Made by a program: the position numbers and the translations under genes. From Escherichia phage PHB12: DNA of 64,000 bases. Of the stretch, positions 60,445 through 64,000 are shown in pieces (positions within the stretch are counted from its first letter, which is position 1; the number at the start of each line of letters is the position of its first letter). The stretch lies in sequence record MK524178.1. One strand, 5' to 3'. The notes beneath the pieces are model-generated. The model had not been told where the DNA came from, made no database searches, and saw only the letters and a program-made list of their open reading frames with translations.

Positions 60445-61380
60445 TTATTCTGCAAATAATTCAGTAACGTCTGAAATTACTTCATAACGACAAGTACGCA
60501 TCTTAGCATCACCATAGTCAACTGGGATAGATACAACATCACGTGGATGAACTTTAACCTTAACAACTTTATCTGAGCTAGAACCAAAGTAACGAATATA
60601 TGATTTAGCACAAACATGTAGACCACGGGAACAAGTTTGTGTATCATCATCGTTAACACGAGTACGAGGCATTGAAACAACTTTACCAGGCGAGTTATCA
60701 AATGTGCCACTATAACAATCTAAATAGTCTTTACGAACTACTTTCCACGCATAGAAATGCCCATCTTCAGTGATTTCAATATCGTTTGCAACCAAGAAGT
60801 CGAATAAACGTTGTACAGCTTTTTCGCTTGGGTTTTCTAACAGGTTTTCAAGGAACGGCAGATAGAATTTAAAGTCTTCGCCTTTTTCCATGGAATCAAT
60901 AATACGATTAACCAGTCCTGAACGAATTTCTATACCTTGATAAAATAAACTACCACCTTCAATAGTAACATTACCATCAACAAACTTAGTAATAGCTTTC
61001 TTGATGTTAATAAGTTCGACAGCTTTACTAAGGTTTCCTGCGACCAAATTAGCTTTAATTTCTTCAAAATTTGCATGACTCGATGGGGTCGCATTGTATG
61101 CTACGCGTCCTTCAATGATTGAAATAAATTTAGATGACGCGTTCCATACGATTTCTGGACGATGACCTGTAATAATAGGTTCATTATTTTCTGGGACCTG
61201 TTCTTCGTCTTCAAATTTAGCTGCTTTCTCTTCAGCTTTAAAATTCTTAACAATCTTACGAAGAGTATCTGTTGAAATGTCGAAGTAATTGGCAATTTCT
61301 TTACGGGTCCATTTGCCTGATTTGACCAGGTTGTAAGCTTCTAACTGTTCTTCTTGGGACAAGCATTTGATATTGTACAT
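60445..61380 (-). CDS. rIIB: rIIB
   Basis: 311 aa; matches T4 rIIB (MYNIKCL..., conserved C-terminal half). Confidence 0.93.
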   Translation of the reverse strand: MYNIKCLSQEEQLEAYNLVKSGKWTRKEIANYFDISTDTLRKIVKNFKAEEKAAKFEDEEQVPENNEPIITGHRPEIVWNASSKFISIIEGRVAYNATPSSHANFEEIKANLVAGNLSKAVELINIKKAITKFVDGNVTIEGGSLFYQGIEIRSGLVNRIIDSMEKGEDFKFYLPFLENLLENPSEKAVQRLFDFLVANDIEITEDGHFYAWKVVRKDYLDCYSGTFDNSPGKVVSMPRTRVNDDDTQTCSRGLHVCAKSYIRYFGSSSDKVVKVKVHPRDVVSIPVDYGDAKMRTCRYEVISDVTELFAE

Positions 61381-61389
61381 AATGTTTCC

Positions 61390-63603
61390 TTATTTGGCCG
61401 CTTCCACGGCCTTCATGAATTTAACGATTTGAGCGACCTGTTCTTTAGAAAGAGTACCACGTCGTCCCATGTATTCTGACACAATATGATAATTGGTTTC
61501 AAATTCAATAACCATTTTATCATCATTATCGTAAGCATTATCTTTAAGCTTATCGAAAATTTTAGCACACAATTCTAACTTCCTGTTCAGGTCTCTGTTA
61601 TCAGCACCTGCGAATCGATTCCATCCCCAACGATTATTTACTGTTGAAAGTTTTGCAAAATCTTTACTGATTTCTTTGTTCTTAGAGCTAAAATACTTAC
61701 TGAGGAAGTTAAGCTCTTCATTACGAGTAATATGATTCAAATAAGGCTGTGCTCTACGACTTGGTGATACATACTCATCATAATCCACTTTATCAATTAG
61801 CGTAATATAGTCATTAATTGATTTTTCGAACAAGCATTCTACTTCACCAAGTTTACGAACTTTCTTAGCAATCTGTGGACGGACTACAGTGAACTCTTTA
61901 ATACCTGACAAATCAGCAATACGGGTCAAGAAATTAGAATCATAGTTCAACCAACCTTTATCCGCGTCAAGACATTCAGCGTTAGAACGATTACGAATTA
62001 CAACATAACCTTGGATTTCATCAGCTTTACCGGCCGGAATAAAGAGATCTTCTGATACCCAAACATCGTTTTCATTCTTAAAGAACCGATGAGCACTTGG
62101 GGATTTAGGACGAGGCTGCGATGAACGTTCTTTAACTTCAATCCACGGTTTAACTAATGCAAGAATTTCAGAGGTCTTATAAAATTTAAGGCTATCACCA
62201 GCGAAAATAACCTTTAATCGTTCTAGAAGTTTCATTGCAACTTCATCTTCCGGATTAACGAATAATACGCTACTACCCCATCCGGAAGGAACCTTATCAA
62301 CGAGTGTTGATGCATCGGTGGAAGTCAAAGCATCGTTCAGAGCACGCATCATTGGTACACGGCCTTTCACATCGTCAATAACAATATCAATATGCTTACG
62401 ACTAATACCTAGCAGGCTATTAATTGAAATAGTTGAAGACGAGCTTCCGCTTTCACGAATACGACGAAGTCGTGGGTCTGAAACGATATCATATACAACG
62501 CCAAGGTTGCACCATTCAGGTCCCATTTTAAAACGTTTGTACAACTCAGAATAAGTTAGCTGTTCTTTAGAATATTTCAGTGATTCAATATTAGAACCAG
62601 CTTTTTCCATGTATTTACGAGCAGAGTAACCAAGAGAATCGATTTCACGGAATACATGACGTGGATATTCACAATCAATCCATTTCTTAGAATCTTCAGC
62701 AAATAATTTTGCATCGATTTCTGCAACACGTTTATGGATATTTGCTACTGTACGTTTATCAAATGACAATGCTTCACGAGACGGGGCTACATCTAGTTCA
62801 CCCATAGGGAATTTAATATAAGCTGTAGTGCATCGCGTCATCATCCATGTTTGTTCTTTAATAACACTTCCGATTGGATATACAATACCACCATAAACAG
62901 CCATGATATTACCACGTTCACCCCATGGAGCTTCCTTGGCCAAATATACATCATCGAATTCCTGGAAGTATTTGATATCTTTAACACCACGAACTTCTGC
63001 AATATCGCCGAGAGGACGCATAACATAAGCAATTTCGGATGCGAACTTTTCAAAATCTTCCGGGTTAACAGGCACAACTACTTCAACGCCGGTCCGGTCA
63101 TCAGGACCCATCTTATCTACAAAGGTTGGCTTAATCTGTGGACCTGTGTCATCTTGATAAATTACATAACCACGAACTTCACCGTTGTGATAAGACGTAA
63201 GGTTAAACGTATCGGTATATGCTAGTGGAGCTTTAGAACCGAGTCCGAATCCACCAATGAAATCGTTACTCGATGTTTTAGTTGAAGCAAAATATGAGTT
63301 ATAGATTCCTGGCTCTTCATCATTACCTCGAATGGTGAAATCACTCATACCAGGACCAAAGTCTCGAACTACAAAACGTGGGTCTAAACGACCTGGAGCC
63401 TGAACAATAAACTTATCAGTGCAACCATTAAGAATTTGTCCATCGATACAGTTTGTGATTAATTCACGTACACAAGCCAATTCTTTGTTTGTATAAAGGT
63501 CATTAGACAAAATCTTATAAACTTTGCTATTGCCTTGAATAGTAAATGCTGTGCTCTTACCGCCTGAACCAATAATCGTTTCTTTAGCCGTTTCAATAAT
63601 CAT
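61390..63603 (-). CDS. rIIA: rIIA
   Basis: 737 aa; N-terminal GHKL-type ATPase-like region; matches T4 rIIA. Confidence 0.95.
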   Translation of the reverse strand: MIIETAKETIIGSGGKSTAFTIQGNSKVYKILSNDLYTNKELACVRELITNCIDGQILNGCTDKFIVQAPGRLDPRFVVRDFGPGMSDFTIRGNDEEPGIYNSYFASTKTSSNDFIGGFGLGSKAPLAYTDTFNLTSYHNGEVRGYVIYQDDTGPQIKPTFVDKMGPDDRTGVEVVVPVNPEDFEKFASEIAYVMRPLGDIAEVRGVKDIKYFQEFDDVYLAKEAPWGERGNIMAVYGGIVYPIGSVIKEQTWMMTRCTTAYIKFPMGELDVAPSREALSFDKRTVANIHKRVAEIDAKLFAEDSKKWIDCEYPRHVFREIDSLGYSARKYMEKAGSNIESLKYSKEQLTYSELYKRFKMGPEWCNLGVVYDIVSDPRLRRIRESGSSSSTISINSLLGISRKHIDIVIDDVKGRVPMMRALNDALTSTDASTLVDKVPSGWGSSVLFVNPEDEVAMKLLERLKVIFAGDSLKFYKTSEILALVKPWIEVKERSSQPRPKSPSAHRFFKNENDVWVSEDLFIPAGKADEIQGYVVIRNRSNAECLDADKGWLNYDSNFLTRIADLSGIKEFTVVRPQIAKKVRKLGEVECLFEKSINDYITLIDKVDYDEYVSPSRRAQPYLNHITRNEELNFLSKYFSSKNKEISKDFAKLSTVNNRWGWNRFAGADNRDLNRKLELCAKIFDKLKDNAYDNDDKMVIEFETNYHIVSEYMGRRGTLSKEQVAQIVKFMKAVEAAK

Positions 63604-63615
63604 ATTTTTCTCTCA

Positions 63616-63816
63616 TCACAAGTTACGTTTAAAAATTTCTGCTACTTCAAGAAGTTCTTCTTTAGTAGCTGTATCGGTTTGTATTTTATATCGAATTTCC
63701 TTAAAGCGTTCTTTAAAGGCTTCAGCTGACTCGATATCAAAAAATCTTTGGATAAGCCGGAATTCCCGGAGCACCGCTTTATCAAAAAGGTCCAAGTCCA
63801 CGTTATATGTTCTCAT
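63616..63816 (-). CDS. hypothetical protein (66 aa), rIIA.1 position
   Basis: ORF immediately upstream of rIIA. Confidence 0.6.
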   Translation of the reverse strand: MRTYNVDLDLFDKAVLREFRLIQRFFDIESAEAFKERFKEIRYKIQTDTATKEELLEVAEIFKRNL

Positions 63817-63841
63817 AATATTCTCTTCAGTAGATTCCTAG

Positions 63842-63892
63842 GGCACTATTACTAAAGACCATATAATCTATCATCTTATGTGTAATAGTGCC
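63842..63892. repeat. 11-bp perfect inverted repeat with 29-nt spacer
   Basis: GGCACTATTAC ... GTAATAGTGCC; spacer contains TATAAT (plus) / TTATAT (minus). Confidence 0.85.
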
Positions 63893-63908
63893 TCAGGCGA
63901 TTCAGGAT

Positions 63909-64000
63909 TTACGCTGTGAAGATTTTATCCCACATCGCAACAACTGCATCTCGGTTATACTTCTTCCATACTGCTTCAGCACGTTTAACTCGAGCTTCGT
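63909..64000 (-). CDS. 3' end of upstream gene, probably topoisomerase II large subunit (gene 60/39), partial
   Basis: In-frame coding ...EARVKRAEAVWKKYNRDAVVAMWDKIFTA* running off the window edge; identity inferred from synteny only. Confidence 0.4.
   Translation of the reverse strand, partial: EARVKRAEAVWKKYNRDAVVAMWDKIFTA

Overview
This window is a contiguous segment of a T-even (T4-like, Tevenvirinae) coliphage genome, running from the 3' end of gene 23 (major capsid) to the 3' end of the topoisomerase gene upstream of rIIA. Gene order and most proteins match the T4 map as I recall it: 24, rnlB, hoc, inh, uvsW, uvsY, 25, 26, 51, 27, 28, 29, 48, 54, alt, 30, rIII, 31, cd, pseT, spanins, alc, rnlA, denA, nrdB, nrdA, td, frd, 32, 59, 33, dsbA, rnh, 34, 35, 36, 37, 38, t, asiA, motA, 52, ndd, denB, rIIB, rIIA. 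The tail-fibre tip is of the T2/T6 type (gp37 with a C-terminal self-cleaving chaperone domain plus a glycine-rich gp38 adhesin). td and nrdB are intron-less. Regulation is dense and T4-like: TATAAATA late promoters, MotA-box middle promoters, GTTTAC/TATAAT-type early promoters often inside stem-loops, and tetraloop hairpin terminators. Departures from the T4 backbone are the most interesting part: a class-I DAHP synthase fused into the cd operon, a 115-aa ORF inserted between frd and td (which overlap in T4), a free-standing GIY-YIG homing endonuclease between genes 59 and 33, a NADAR-like and a HAD-like protein in the 30.x block, a duplicated 68-bp promoter/5'UTR cassette, and several unlisted sub-60-aa ORFs. 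All identity calls rest on sequence motifs and recalled reference proteins; no database search or structure prediction was possible.
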